DNA of 64,000 nt from Paecilomyces variotii (taxonomy: Eukaryota), in the NCBI GenBank assembly GCA_004022145.1, contig RCNU01000001.1; one strand, given 5' to 3'. Under the pieces are notes generated by a model. The model was not told the origin of the DNA. It did no database searches and saw only the letters and a list, made by a program, of their open reading frames with translations. The position numbers and the translations under genes were made by a program. Numbering within the stretch: the stretch's first letter is position 1; every line of letters begins with the position of its first letter. Below are positions 51,291-64,000 of the stretch, one piece after another.

Positions 51291-53560
51291 GGTGGAATTG
51301 AATGTGAACAACGTCGAGACCCGGATGGAGAGGATGAATCAAGGGCAGGACGAAGGCGAGGAGAGTTGGTGGGAAGGTCGAGAAGAAATGAGTTCATTCA
51401 GCAGTCCCGGCGGAACAGGTACTTTTTAATGGGGGACCCGTCTAGCTAGATGGTGGGCGTGAGCCATGGTGGGGCAACGCCTGGCTGTTCTCTTCTTCTT
51501 CCACTACGTCGATGCTACCGCTGCCGTGCGAGGAGTCAGCTTGGCCCCTCGGGAGTTGCCTTCGCTGTCCATCATCTACTTCTTTTATCCAGCTGAACAC
51601 CCTCATTCGGGCTTTTTTACTTTTTACCCAGCTGGCCTGTTCTGCTGCCAGCCGTTTGCTCCCAGGAAGCCTTGCCCTTCTCTGCATGCAGACTGCACGC
51701 CAGCAGTCCATCATTAATATTGTCAGCGCCACCCGGCGGCAGAGCAAGACGGAGATATGATCTCGAAGCAACTGCTGCTTATAAAATTCGGCCTGCCTGC
51801 TGACTATTGATTCCTGACACTGCAGCGTCTACTTCTTACCCCTCCGGCCTGCACTCCTCCGCTCACTCCACCGTTCCCTCTCCGTGCCTCCCGCCTCCCC
51901 TGGGAGATCTTTCTGCAGCTAAATCATGCTCGCGAGGAGCAGCGTATATGGTCCGCGACTCCCGAGCTGAATTGTCTTTCCATAATGATCTCGTCCAGAG
52001 TCTCCTTTTCTGGAACTCTGGCCGTTAATGTTTTTCTTCTGTTGTGCTCCGCAGGTCGTGGGTCGTCCCGATGACTGATTTTGCCGGGGTGGAGCTTTTC
52101 TTTTTTCCTTCTCGGTGACGGCCAGTTTCACTTTAACCAGTTGCCCTTAAAGATTTGACGAGTGGCCATTATTGTTGTCGACGGCACATGTTCAGGAAAA
52201 ACAGCGGCTTCTTATCTAACCCTTCGTAGACCGTTGAACAGCCATGGCTTGTTGATCCCCCAAATTAGCGCTCAATATATAGATCGTAGCGGGAACTGGA
52301 ACGCCATGAGGTACTGAGTAACGGAGAGTACATTAGATAGAATAATAGTTACAGCTATAGTATTGAGAAGGCACGCCCATGTACCGGCTGCTGCAGGGGA
52401 ACTATACCATCGAAGGACCTGTCGACGACTAAGCTCCTGAAGGCTGGCTGAAGCTTTCTTAATCACTCCTATTCTCGGCCCTCTGAGAGCGATCTACATC
52501 TACAAGCAGTCGAGGGGGGCGGCCCTAGAGCAAAGTATGCTGGAGACCCCGTCACGTCATGGCAGAGACAAAACGCCTTCCGCGGAACCTTCTCCGCAAT
52601 CTAATCACTCCATGCGCCGCCCAGCTTGTCTGTCCCTTATTTAGCCGCGGCCGTGTGCCCCAGCCTTCGAGAAAGATGATCTGCAGTGACTGTGCCGGCT
52701 GTTCACGATTGAAAACGAGCTCGTTCAATATGAAAATATTCTTTACAACCCGAGTAACGGGGAATGGGGTCAGTCGGCTTCCGCTTGAGATCTCCTCTAG
52801 TCAGTTGCTGATACATAACAGTGGGGCAGTGGAAAGAGCTTGGATGGACTTCCGAAATAGTGCTCCCGGTCAGACCAGCATCTCCGGCGATAAAGAAGAT
52901 CTAGGATATTAAGTAGTCAGTTAATTATTAACTCTTGTAGTAGTGTTTTCTGTCACTCGCAGGATGACACACCCTACATACTGAGATGATCCTCCCGATC
53001 CACTTTCAGCAATGATTCTGATGATTTGACTATATCCATCTGCTTCGTGATGCTGCAAGAGCCCTGTAGCGACGGATCTGACTGATGGAAAGCTGTCGTC
53101 ATGATTGAGAAGAGCGCATGTTTTGTCATCTGCGGAGATCGGACGCTCTAGGCCAAGGGCGGACTTAACAACCGGAAGAAAGCACATCGGCCTCTGAGTC
53201 GGCCTCGGACGACTGTGGTCCGGCACAGAGACCGAAACAGCAGCGGATTGTGGCTGCCATCCCGATCCCGCTGCTTCTGTTTTTCCGGCCCCGGGGTCGG
53301 CCCCTCTGAATGAGGTATAGCGTGCAGAGTCACGGGCTCTCGCTTAGCCCTGGCATCGGCGGGCTCGCTAAGCCCCCGTTTGGGGCTAGGGCGAGCCGCA
53401 CCAAACACACTTGCAAATTGAAGATTGTGCGGCCGCTCGACTCATCTCCAAACCGAAGCGACGACATCCACGACAAACCCGACGTACGACAACCGACTTC
53501 GCGGGTCATTTCTCTCGACTTCCTTGCTTTGCCCGCTGTTGCTCAGAGAAATCCGTCACA

Positions 53561-54354
53561 ATGCCTTCGGAACAAGGTCACAGACGTGAGTTCTCCCGCG
53601 TTGCCTTCGATATGCCATTGTCCTTTCGATGCTGCTCGTCCGTGCCGTGAGATGGGCCGGTTGCGATTAGATATTGATGAATCTGTGCACTAACATTCTT
53701 TTTTTCACTCGTTATAGTCTACGTTAAGTAAGCGCTCACTTTCCTATCAATATTGCGATGGACATGGGACGGATTCGTGGAGATGGAATGAAAGCGTCGA
53801 TCCGGGCAAGATCTCTCAATCATACGAACAAAGGATTAATACGTATCTTTTCGACAGGGGCCGCCACCTGAGCTTCCAGCGTGGAAAGCGCAACCTTAAC
53901 CCGAACACCAGGTTAGATAACATACCTTGCGGAGAATGATATGGAAACAAGTTCTGACATGTTATCACAGTCTGATCAAGATTGAGGGTGTTGACGACTC
54001 CAAGGCCGCCAGGTGAGCAGTCACGCAGTCCACGGAATGGGGAGGAACGGGAGTAGCTAAACGGTTTTTGTGCACAGCTTCTACCTGGGCAAGAAGGTCG
54101 CCTTCGTCTACCGGGCAAAGCGAGAGATCCAGGGCTCCAAGATCCGGGTGATCTGGGGCAAGGTTACCCGCCCTCACGGTATGTGGGAGAATGGAAGCAG
54201 TCGAATATGCAGACTGCAGTATAATATATCGTCAGTTCATGACTGACATGTTGCAGGCAACTCCGGTGTCGTCCGTGCTCAGTTCCGACACAACCTCCCG
54301 CCGAAGACCTTCGGTGCCACCGTCCGCGTCATGCTGTACCCCTCCAACATCTAA
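53561..54354 (+). CDS. RPL33: 60S ribosomal protein eL33 (L35Ae), six exons including a 10-nt microexon
   Basis: [57 protein letters not shown]...[44 protein letters not shown]. Confidence 0.97.
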
Positions 54355-55360
54355 GGGACATAATAGTTTCGATGTGTGGTCGTGAGTAGAGCCGATGGAG
54401 TTACGGGTCGAGGATATCTTCGGAACCAGTGGGTGAAAAGGGATGCGATGATGGAGGTGATGGCGGTTGCGGGATGGCTGGGAGCGAATCCCGACAAACA
54501 AAAACGCTTTTTCTTTCCTACCGCAGGGTTACTCGGATCTGCTGTCGGGGAGTTCGAAGAGGGTGTTCTATTTTCCACCTCGACGAGCATGATATGTCTT
54601 GTCTAGCAGCATCACTTTCTCCCAAAGTGTATCTGATGGTCTACGTGCCAAAATCCATACAACTTCAAAGACAAGAAATATCCTTCATCATATCACCTCA
54701 GAAAAAAAAGTCCAGTTTTAATATCAACCTTTATACCCGGGTCTTTGCACGCGTCCAACCTCGATTCTTTGCAGCAATAATTCTAGATACTACAAGGCCC
54801 CATGCGATGTCCTATCAATATGACGTGCTCACAGAGACAAACACCCCAATCTTTCCGCACCAGTCGCCCGCGAATGATCTCTACAAAGCAATTACACATG
54901 CCATTTCCGATTCAGCGACGCCCCAAGCTCGACCTTGATATGGACATTTTATCCCCACATAAGTCAACAAGTAGTTTATTCCATCCTGCCCTGTCTCTCG
55001 AGTGTCTCCATTCCAATTATGTAAAGTCTAACAGTCGCGTCTTAGATCTTTGATAGCGCTAAGCTTATCAGTCCTATATCCCCACATGCCCGTCAGGCAG
55101 TAATACGTATATATAAGTTACGTAGGATAGACAGTATTATTACTATGTAGTATCCTTCCCACCCCGTAATCATTAATTCCCCTTCCCGCCTTGTTTTGCG
55201 TGAGACTTCGAGAGTGTAAGACAGAGTGTATCTTCAGATTCATTCCTCTCTTCATTCTCTTTCCCATATCCCCCTTATATATACATGTAATGAGCTTTCA
55301 TATTCATGTACGGATGTCATATCAGTATTAGCCATAGCCATTCTTTTTCTTTTTTCTTTC

Positions 55361-55564
55361 TGTCGGCACACAAAGCGTACGTCCAGGTGATCTGTCAATC
55401 ATCTGTTTGCAGCAGGTTCTTCGATGTCCTAATTATATAGGATAAAACCTACTAGATTTGGATTCTCGTAGAGATAAATATGTGGTTCAACCCCCCCTCT
55501 TTAAGAACTAGAAGCAAGCAAGCAAGATATTCACAAGTGATTCAAATCAGACTATGCTTTCATG
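55361..55564 (+). repeat. Degenerate dispersed repeat, copy 2 (copy 1 at 15999-16174)
   Basis: TGTCGGCACACAAAGCGTACGTCCAGGTGATCTGTC, AACCTACTAGATT, TAGAGATAAATATGTGGTTCAAC, TTCAAATCAGACTATGCTTTCATG in the same order as copy 1. Confidence 0.8.
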
Positions 55565-55764
55565 TCTGCCGCGTTCCAGAAAGATGGTCTCAGGCTTTCT
55601 CTTCTTCCCTGTTTGGTTTTTTCTTGTAATTGTGAAGTTTCAAAGTAACACTATGTCAATATATATATGCACAGAACAAAACAACAAAGTTATAATAGAC
55701 TACTGACAACAATTTTAGAGTCGCTGATACAATTAAGCGCAGGTAACTGTCTCCACTGATCTGA

Positions 55765-55797
55765 GGGGGGGGGGGGGGGGGGTAGCGGGGGCGGGGG
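55765..55797 (+). repeat. Poly-G tract (G18 plus two G5 runs)
   Basis: Read directly from the sequence; intergenic. Confidence 0.9.
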
Positions 55798-58746
55798 CAA
55801 TACTATCACCGGGTATTACCATCTTCAAAATAAAGTGGTTGGGAGGCTTAGTTAGCTACCTTGTGTACGGAGTACCTAGGTAGGCATGGTAGTTTTGTAC
55901 GTAGGTGCAGGGTAAGGCTGCATGGCTGGGGGATAATCAAGAATTGATCTTGTTTCTTGCTGCCCTATCGAGATTCGAGATTAATGCTAGATCAGCTCGT
56001 TTCCAAATCAATTGACTGATTGGATGATCGGGTTGTTCCATCGATGACAGACGCGGGATAGTATATCATGTTGTGGGCTCTCTCGCTGGAAAATGATACG
56101 TTCATCGATGTTATACTGGATATTTGTGAAGCTCTTGTAAGTCCTGGGTTGTTCGCAGGCCGTCATAAGTATGTCCTTTCAATATTTGCAGTAATGGTCG
56201 GTCTCCCCGATTGGCTTTTTACCAAGTTCGAACGAAGACTTATCAGAGAATTTGCATAATCATTCAGGCTGAGTGGGTTAGTGACACCTGTCACAAGGTA
56301 GTAGTTACTGCTAGAAAGCGTCTACGCCCACGTGTTGCTGGGCCAAAAAGTCTAGAATCGACTGTAGTTCCTCGCGGGTCGGAGCTCGAGACGCCCGCTA
56401 TGGCTTCGCACCGGAGGCTTCAATGCCCGAGATCTAGTAAGCAAAGAATCATACGCAGTATATGCTGGACATTAGATAGAGTCTGCAAGATTATGAGAGC
56501 TTCGTTGTCACTCAATGCATCCCATAGGGTGGGTTTCTAACCAGAGGACGTCGCGAAGATATGCTCCGTATTGCATTACTCGTGTAAAGTAGGCTGTTCC
56601 CCATAATTCTACTGGAGTACGGAGTAGTGCTGTCGGGATTCTCCACTTTTGACTTTTGGATGACTCAGACCAGGAAGAACTTTAGATAAAAAGTAGTTCT
56701 CGCACGAGGCTCCTGTTTCTTTTCTCTTCCAGTGGCCGTGTGCCTGGACGACGGACCAATTGGAACACGACGGGTACGCTGAGAGACGAGAAAACAACGC
56801 CGCGCGACTTTCAAGCATGATTCTGACCTGGATTTGGTCTTGTCACCAGGTTGTGTGAGAACCGCACCGTATCCATGCCGGTTTGTCCTCTTGACTGGCT
56901 GTCTTGATTTTCGAAGCGGCCGTGCTCGAATCGTGGAGGTGTGGCAGAAATGGCAGTCTCTGGAGCTCGGAATGGGATAATGCTTACCAAAGGGGATTGA
57001 TTGCGTGCTGGACGAGGCAGGTTTTACCAGAATCGATCATCCTGCTGCATCTGCCGTATCAGCAGCAGTGAAAGATCGAGCGTTGCGACGCGGAGATCAT
57101 GATATAATGGTGGAGAGGCTAGGATCGTCTCAGCTTTCCCAGGTCAAGCTGTGGAGGACACCAGCTAACTGCCACGCCCGTTCAGGACAGTATCCTTGTC
57201 AACTGGGGAGATCGACGCGGAGTTGTGGACATGGAGGATCTCCCCAAAAAAGTGATTGAATACGATTTCTGGACAGATCACTGCCGACTGCAACTGCAAG
57301 ACAGTCCCTGGCAGATAGATAGCCAGCAGCGCCGCATGGGTCTTTTCCGGCGGTGTCTGCGCGGAATCAGATTGAACCGGTGGACGATGCGTTGCCGGGG
57401 CGTGGGCCAAGATCGCAGAGAAGGGTTTAAAAAAAAAACACGTCTGGGGCTTGAGAAGAGGCTGGGAGGGAAAACTCCAAAACAAGACATTGTGAGTGGC
57501 TGAAGTTAACTATTCTTAGCGCTCTCTTCGTCGCAACCGGAAAGGCCAAAGCCGGTTCGGCTTACAGGGCTGGGTGGATAGTTTAGCCTCCCGTTTCTTG
57601 GTGTTGAGTCTTGACAGTCGAGGCATATTATTCTTCCTCCCAGGCCATGGGTAATTGATATGATACTCTAGAGTAGAATATAGGGTGTTGCATCGCGATG
57701 ATAGGCATGTTGTATGCAGAAAAACAAAAAGAATAACTGCGACGGTTGGGGTAGAATTGCTCCCTCGGATCCAACCTGACAGCTGTACTCTAATCGGAAA
57801 CTTGTCTCTGGTTCGACCAGCTTCGATTCCAGAGTGGCTCGTCGTTATCCGCTCCGTGATAGGACATCCTTATTTATTATTTATCGATCCCAAGCACATC
57901 GCCGTGTCTCACTCGTCCCTCTATCCGCTGCCCCTCTCCTGCCATTGCGCGTCGTCTGTCGTAACGCTGGAAGTCGGAGGCGTCGCCAGCCATAAATTAT
58001 TATTAGGTCTCCTCGTCGCCCCCTCCAATTCAATTCTTACCCTGCACTGTATAATAAGGAAAAAAAGAAGAAATTTTTCAAACCATAAAAAGCAAGAAAT
58101 CTGCCAGGCAGAACACACACACACACAGACAGAGCAGCCTCTAGCGCTGACCGACTGATCTCACCTATCCACACCGTGCGCATTTCCTCATGTGCCAATG
58201 CTGCTCCGTCGTTAATTAAATCATTACTAGACCGACGCTGCTGCTAAAAACTTGTGCTAAATCGACTCTACGTCTTGTTTCAAGGTCGATCGGCTGCGGA
58301 CGGCCAACTTCACTCCCGGGCGCTTTCGTTTCCTGAGACACTTGCCAAGTTCCAACGCCGCATCAGAACGCTTGAGCTCACGTTCCTGGCTGAAACTGCC
58401 GGAGGATCAGAAAAACCGGTATCGGGAATAAAACAAAAATTCGACCGTTGCGTGCATTGTTGCTCCCTCGAGCCCTTCATCTCCCCAAAGCATCATCGTT
58501 CGCAGCGCTACGATCACATTCCGCTTCCGACTCTGCTCAAGCTACACTAAACTCGCCGTTCGTTTCCACCGCCCAGCTGGTCCACTCCAGATTAACGCGG
58601 ATTGCTCGAACTAAACTACGCGATAAGTTCACGTTTGCGATATCAGAAACCTTGGCAGCGCTCCACTACGGCCGGCGTAGCTCCTAGCTGATCGCAACAA
58701 AGCGCAATCACTTATCACACGCTAGCTCAAAGCGACTCTCTTAAAG

Positions 58747-60118
58747 ATGGCAGCCGCCCGACCAGAAGCTGGGAAGCGAGGTCGAGTCCTCAGCTTCCAT
58801 AGCAACAAATCTGAAAAAACACACCGATCCAGCGGTTCAGGCCACAAGATCTCCCTGTCCGAATCGCACGACGAGAAGGCCTCTCGACTTTTGCATACAA
58901 AGGCCGATCCCACCCTTGCCATGCAAGAAGCTCAGCCAGGTGTGTTTGAGTGCTCTCGTTCAGGACCTTCCGTTTTGCTACTAGGGATATACTAACTCCC
59001 TCTTCTCCCACAGCAATGGTGGCTGCTCTCGAGAAATCAAACCTGGCGTCCCTACGAGAGGTGCCGCACAAAGACCAGTATGGAAACATAATTAGTGAGT
59101 GGATTTTACCCGTGTCTCGGTCCCGTGGTTGCGGTTCTGTATGTATACTGACCACCTACAGCGGAACCCGATATCTCGAATCCCACCCGCTATCGATTCG
59201 AGCGCCCTCTCGATACGATCCGCTCTTTCGAGGCTGCAGTCGAAGGAAGCTGGAATAGTCGGCGGATGTCCACCGCGTCAAATGCACGGACCGGTATGTG
59301 GTCGTTGAACATCGTGCGGAGGAACGGTTTAGCTGACAACCCAAACAGAGGAACCGTCACCAGGCGGTGTCAGCAGACGGGGAAGCTATTTCGGTACGAA
59401 GCAATTAGACCCATTATTTTTATTATCTGCAGCGCCCCGTTAACACATACATATTCTAGGACCCACTGGCGGCAATGGCTCGAACAGATACAGTGAAGGC
59501 GGCAACTACTGGAGCCGCGCGAGCATGTCGCGGCCGGATAGCGTTGTCGACAATTATGGCGGAGCAGGCCCCAATCAGCCTTACAGCCCCCATTATCCTT
59601 ATAGTAACCACTACGGCGGCAGACCGCGTCAGAGATACTCCGAGCGAATGTATTCCGACTACGGAAATGGCGCTCCCAATGTCTATGCGCAGCAAGGATA
59701 TCAGAGGTCGTACGACAACGTCACTGCAGGATCAGGTTCGAACTCTGCAAGCGATCAGTGGGGGAATTCCACTGACCCTAGTTCAGTGAATAGCTCCATG
59801 GATCGTTTGCAGCAGGCCCAGCAGACGAAGCCTGCCCCTGACAACTACGGTCTCAATGGGTCCGGCCCGGGGCCACAGAATTTTCGGATGTCCTTGAAGG
59901 AGAATCAGTCTGGACCAGTTCCACCTCCACACGGCGTTCCGTCAGGGTCTGGGGACCAGAAAGCTGCTACTGGGGCAGTGTCGACTGACCCGAACAACGG
60001 AGGTCCCGTCGGCGGCACCCCGGTGACTAGGGCTGCCAGCAAGCTACTGCGAAAGAACACTGACGCGAGCGACACGAAGCGGAAGAGCTGGTTCAAGAAA
60101 CGATTTAGCAAGTCATGA
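58747..60118 (+). CDS. DUF2406-like protein (five exons)
   Basis: KADPTLAMQEAQP, HKDQYGNII, EPDISNPTRYRFERPLDTIRSFEAAV, low-complexity G/P/Q tail ending KRKSWFKKRFSKS. Confidence 0.88.
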
Positions 60119-63073
60119 TTTCGATTTTGACTAGTGATCTATCGATACCCTTTTATTCGAGGCTTGGGTTTTGTTTTTCAGTTTTTGTCCGCGTGGAGTT
60201 CACAGGTCATTGCGTATCGGTTTCTCGACCGGGGTTTATTTCTTATCGTCGCTCCTTATCGTTTTCCCGCGCTCGACACGATAGATGAGATCACGACATT
60301 ATTTCTGGTGATGGGCGGGACACGATCAGTTTTTATTATCTACTGTCTTTTGCATGACTAATTATGCGCACGCCGGTCGACAGTCTTACGGCGGTATGAT
60401 GGAACGGGTGCAAACCAGGATTCTCTAGATAACCTTGAGAGGAGAATCATGCAACCAGTACTTTTTGCTTCTAATGTCTCTATATTGCCCCTATACCAAG
60501 GCATCCAGTCTGAGAAATTAATGCAGCATAATCCCAACATTCTTGAGTCGCCCAAACTGGAACATTCATTTTGATCCGCGTCGTCGAATCATTTAACTCA
60601 TGATTTCGACAATGCTCTAACCTTGACTATCCCATATGCGGTGTAATTATTTATACAATCTAAAAAGCAACCCCACTAATGCAATTCGACCAAAAGAGAA
60701 ATTACGATCTCCTATCCGCAGGAATTGTACATCGCGCAGATCGTAGTTTAATTCGACTCGACTTATCTCCCTCCTTACGATCCCACCTGCCTAAAGTCCC
60801 TTTATTTAGGGGTCTATCTGATATTAATTATTTATTTTTGCTTGTTAGATGGCGCGAGTGAACTAAGTGGGGGCTGGTCCGCTATGGGTCCCCGCAATAA
60901 GTATACTAATGTCAATTTCTAATCAAATTGCGGGAAGCGAGGTAGATCGGATTTATTGATTATATTGGCTTCATGCTTGTGAGTTGGAGTTAGTGGTAGA
61001 TCTGTGGTATCTATGTATGACGGAGATGGTGGGAATTTTCTTTAGAAGGAACGTTATGCTTTCTTTTTGTGTGATTTGGAGAATATACTGCGATTTTATA
61101 TATACAATGGCTTCTTTTTATCGACGTTAGGTAACTATACAGATAATCCGATGTAATGTAGAAAGGAAACTCTGTCGGTGCTTTACACACTGTGCTACAC
61201 GTGGAGATGTATTATGCCTCAATGGGTATGCAGTTTTATCGACGCAGAAAGAACGCGCGCCTAGAATTCTTTACTTATGTGTAAGTAGGAGATGATTGTA
61301 TGGGGGTAACACTTCCCCCCTAGATCCAGTATCGGGAAATCAACTAGGTATTCTGCTACATGGTTCCTGGAAATATAACTGTTTTGCTTTCTATGTCGTT
61401 TAGAAATCGACATGTTTCTTCATAAAAAGGGCCCCAATGCAGTAAAGAATGAGAAATAACCTCACATAGATATATCATCAACGATGAAAGAACGTAGATC
61501 AACCAGGCGATATCACCCCCCTGGCACTACTCTACAGAGCGCAGAACTAAATAACTTTCGATACGACGCATGTTAACGACTCCTCGCGGATGATTATCAA
61601 CTTAGTCTCGGAGATTTAATAACGCCAAGGGAGCTTGATTTCTCTCGTTCTTTAGTTAGCTGTTTCCAGTTTCAATATTGGGCATCAAATGACATGGGGA
61701 TGATCGGCCGAGTACTATTAACTAATAAGTTGGCGTCTTGGAAGGAATCTTAAAGGGACTTACTTATTAGATACCCCGTGTCCCGATTATCGAAGATGAT
61801 TATTAACATCAACTCGACCCAAGACATTCTGAAACATCGAGGACTTCCCAATGCAGATTTTAGGAGAAATGACTTAGGCATCTATTTCAGACAAGGATGA
61901 AAAGATAGCGATGAATTACAGATCACATGGAGGTCTATAGACAATGACTAGAGTCTAGGCCCTTCACAATGCTCCGAAAAGCAAAAGGCAGAGACCAAGT
62001 TTCGATCTTGATAATCTTGCATGAACGCCCACGCCCTACGTGCGCGCGTCGTAAAAAGCTCCGGGACTTATTCTAAAATAGTTTCTTTTTTAGAGGATCG
62101 TTCTGTGGGGTGCAGCGTCTAACCCTGCACGAGTTACAGGATAGCCCAAGTCCATGGAAATGCTTCACTGGTTTGGCCCCCTTTTTATCTCCGGAAGAAT
62201 TGTCTCTCTCCCAAACAGCAAGAATAATAAGGGGGTCAAGCAGAAACCTTTTAGTTTGCGTCAAATTGTGCTTCTATCTTGTTCCTTTCTAAGATATACA
62301 TACTACATAGTCATACGGAGTATCCTCGGACGTGATCCGCGCCGGGCCGTTCTAAAACGAGCCGAACCGTGCGGTTGGTGCCCAATATTAGCAGATCAAC
62401 CTGTATCAACCCCTTCCATACCCAATCTCTTACCCAGATAGGGTACCTTTTACGTATACCTAGGTAGCTTATTTCTCGTTTTTATTCCCGCATGAGGATC
62501 CACAAGGATACCATCTCCGCGTCCGTAGGACTGCTGTGGAACTGTAGACCTCTTTTTTGGAGTTTCCGGGAGCCTCCTACTTGTGCCTGAGCAGCGGGAT
62601 CCTGGCACCGAGGACATGGTCCCCGGTAAGGATTTTCGTCGCGCTAGTTTTTCTCTTCTGTTCGTGCGTGGCTGAGTACGAAGGGAGGGGGATCATCATG
62701 ATCCGGGCTCCGGACCGGTGGTCTCTTGATGGATCCGTGTGTATATATTCTAGAAGCTGGCCCCGAAAAGAGAACGGATAACGGTTCTAGGATTATACTG
62801 GCTGAATTGTTATTACTGTTATTGATCTACTATGGTTACTCCAGTGGTCTGGTCGGCGATGTCGCCGTGGAGGTAAGGCTTGTATCTTCATCTTCTATCT
62901 GATTGTCTCCTGAAGAAGGGAGGACACTCTCTTGATGCGAACTGCGACTTACAGTTACTGAAAGCAGCACGGTTTGAAGCACATGCTCAACATGTGAACG
63001 AAGCAGCACGCTGGGCGTGAAGTACAAACTTCCAGCAACTGAAAACCGTCTTTACGACATACCATTTCCGCCT

Positions 63074-63667
63074 ATGGCAATCTCCCCATCAGACTTGGAA
63101 AAGGCCATCATGTCTGAAGTGAGTAGGCCACCTTCATTATCGCCTGACTTACTACCCCTTCTGTTGCTTCCATCTCATTGTCCTCGATAATCAGAGTCAA
63201 CGTTGCTAACCCCCGCATAGAGGTTCGGAATTCAATTCGAAACCGCCGAAACCTACCTTGTAGGGACGAAATCGCAGCATATCCGCGTATCCTTCGATGA
63301 GCTCATGAGCTTCTTCGGAGGTGTCGTCGCGCTCCTCGACTACGGAGTGACATGGCGCGTCATCAAGGGCGTCCTCCAGAGATGGCGTCGACCCGGATGG
63401 AACGAGCTGGAGGGATCTGATCCCGTTTGGGTCGACAATTCAGGACCGCTCTACTACGAGATACGCCATGGTCCTGATTCTATCAAGGTCTCCCCGTCCG
63501 ACCTGGAGAGCTCTCGGTTCGGCATGGTAATCAAGAGACAATGGGATGATGGAATGAATGCAATGGGCAATTTATGGATGACTAAGATTGTCATCCAGGC
63601 ACTGTTGTCTGGACTGTGCAGAAAGACATTGGGATATCTTCGCTTGAAGAGTATTGGAGGGTTGTGA
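63074..63667 (+). CDS. Small orphan protein (exons 63074-63118, 63221-63667; a further intron is possible)
   Basis: MAISPSDLEKAIMSE joined by intron GTGAGT...GCTAAC...TAG (63119-63220) in frame to RFGIQFETAETYLVG... and the 120-aa ORF. Confidence 0.6.
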
Positions 63668-64000
63668 GGACACGATTTGATCTATAGTTATCATGTTGGA
63701 TGATTGGCGTTGGGAAATAGCATGGCTGGCTGGCTGGTTGATTCTGGGTGCGGTCCATTCCAGTTTCCATACTCTTATTGTCTATCCTTGACGGGCATTT
63801 TCCTCCCGCCATTGAAGGTCCCACAACAGATTCGAAGATACGAATTCTGAATACGGAGTATTCACAGCTGTATCGGAGAAAGCTTCCGGGTAGTTGGTCC
63901 ACTTTGCGTGATCTTCGACGATGCCGCCCCTATTATTATATTAGTGTTATTATTTACTAGAGTCTAAGTGTAGTGTATACATATATTTCAGACTAGACCC

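Noticed and set aside
53586-53856. Intronic snoRNAs in RPL33
   Set aside because: No properly placed C/D (RTGATGA...CTGA) or H/ACA architecture visible.
56800-57503. Short ORFs upstream of the DUF2406-like gene
   Set aside because: No recognisable motifs or consistent splice model; may be a relic but unsupported.

Overview
Eukaryotic, intron-rich DNA from a filamentous ascomycete (Eurotiomycete/Aspergillus-like: short GT-AG introns with CTRAC branch points). Gene models were rebuilt by hand from splice signals. Conserved genes: COX17 (partial), ALG6, nucleolin/NSR1, argininosuccinate lyase, a type-B carboxylesterase, a GNAT acetyltransferase, a PHO84-family phosphate transporter, a SUT1-like sugar transporter, glucose-6-phosphate dehydrogenase, ribosomal protein eL33 and a DUF2406-like protein. 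A more accessory zone (about 15-37 kb) holds orphans, pseudogene-like relics, a PD-(D/E)XK/Uma2-like gene between direct repeats and three diverged BTB/POZ paralogues. The three strongest leads are: (1) an ATG-free nucleolin 5' leader with 11 co-oriented GTGGG motifs enclosed by direct and inverted repeats; (2) an apparent RNA polymerase III unit (TATA, A box, B box, oligo-T) encoding a ~250-nt structured RNA that is not an intact tRNA; (3) an unannotated tail-anchored protein with the layout of a selective autophagy receptor. No CRISPR, rRNA, intact tRNA or intact transposase was seen. All family calls come from recognised motifs, not database searches.
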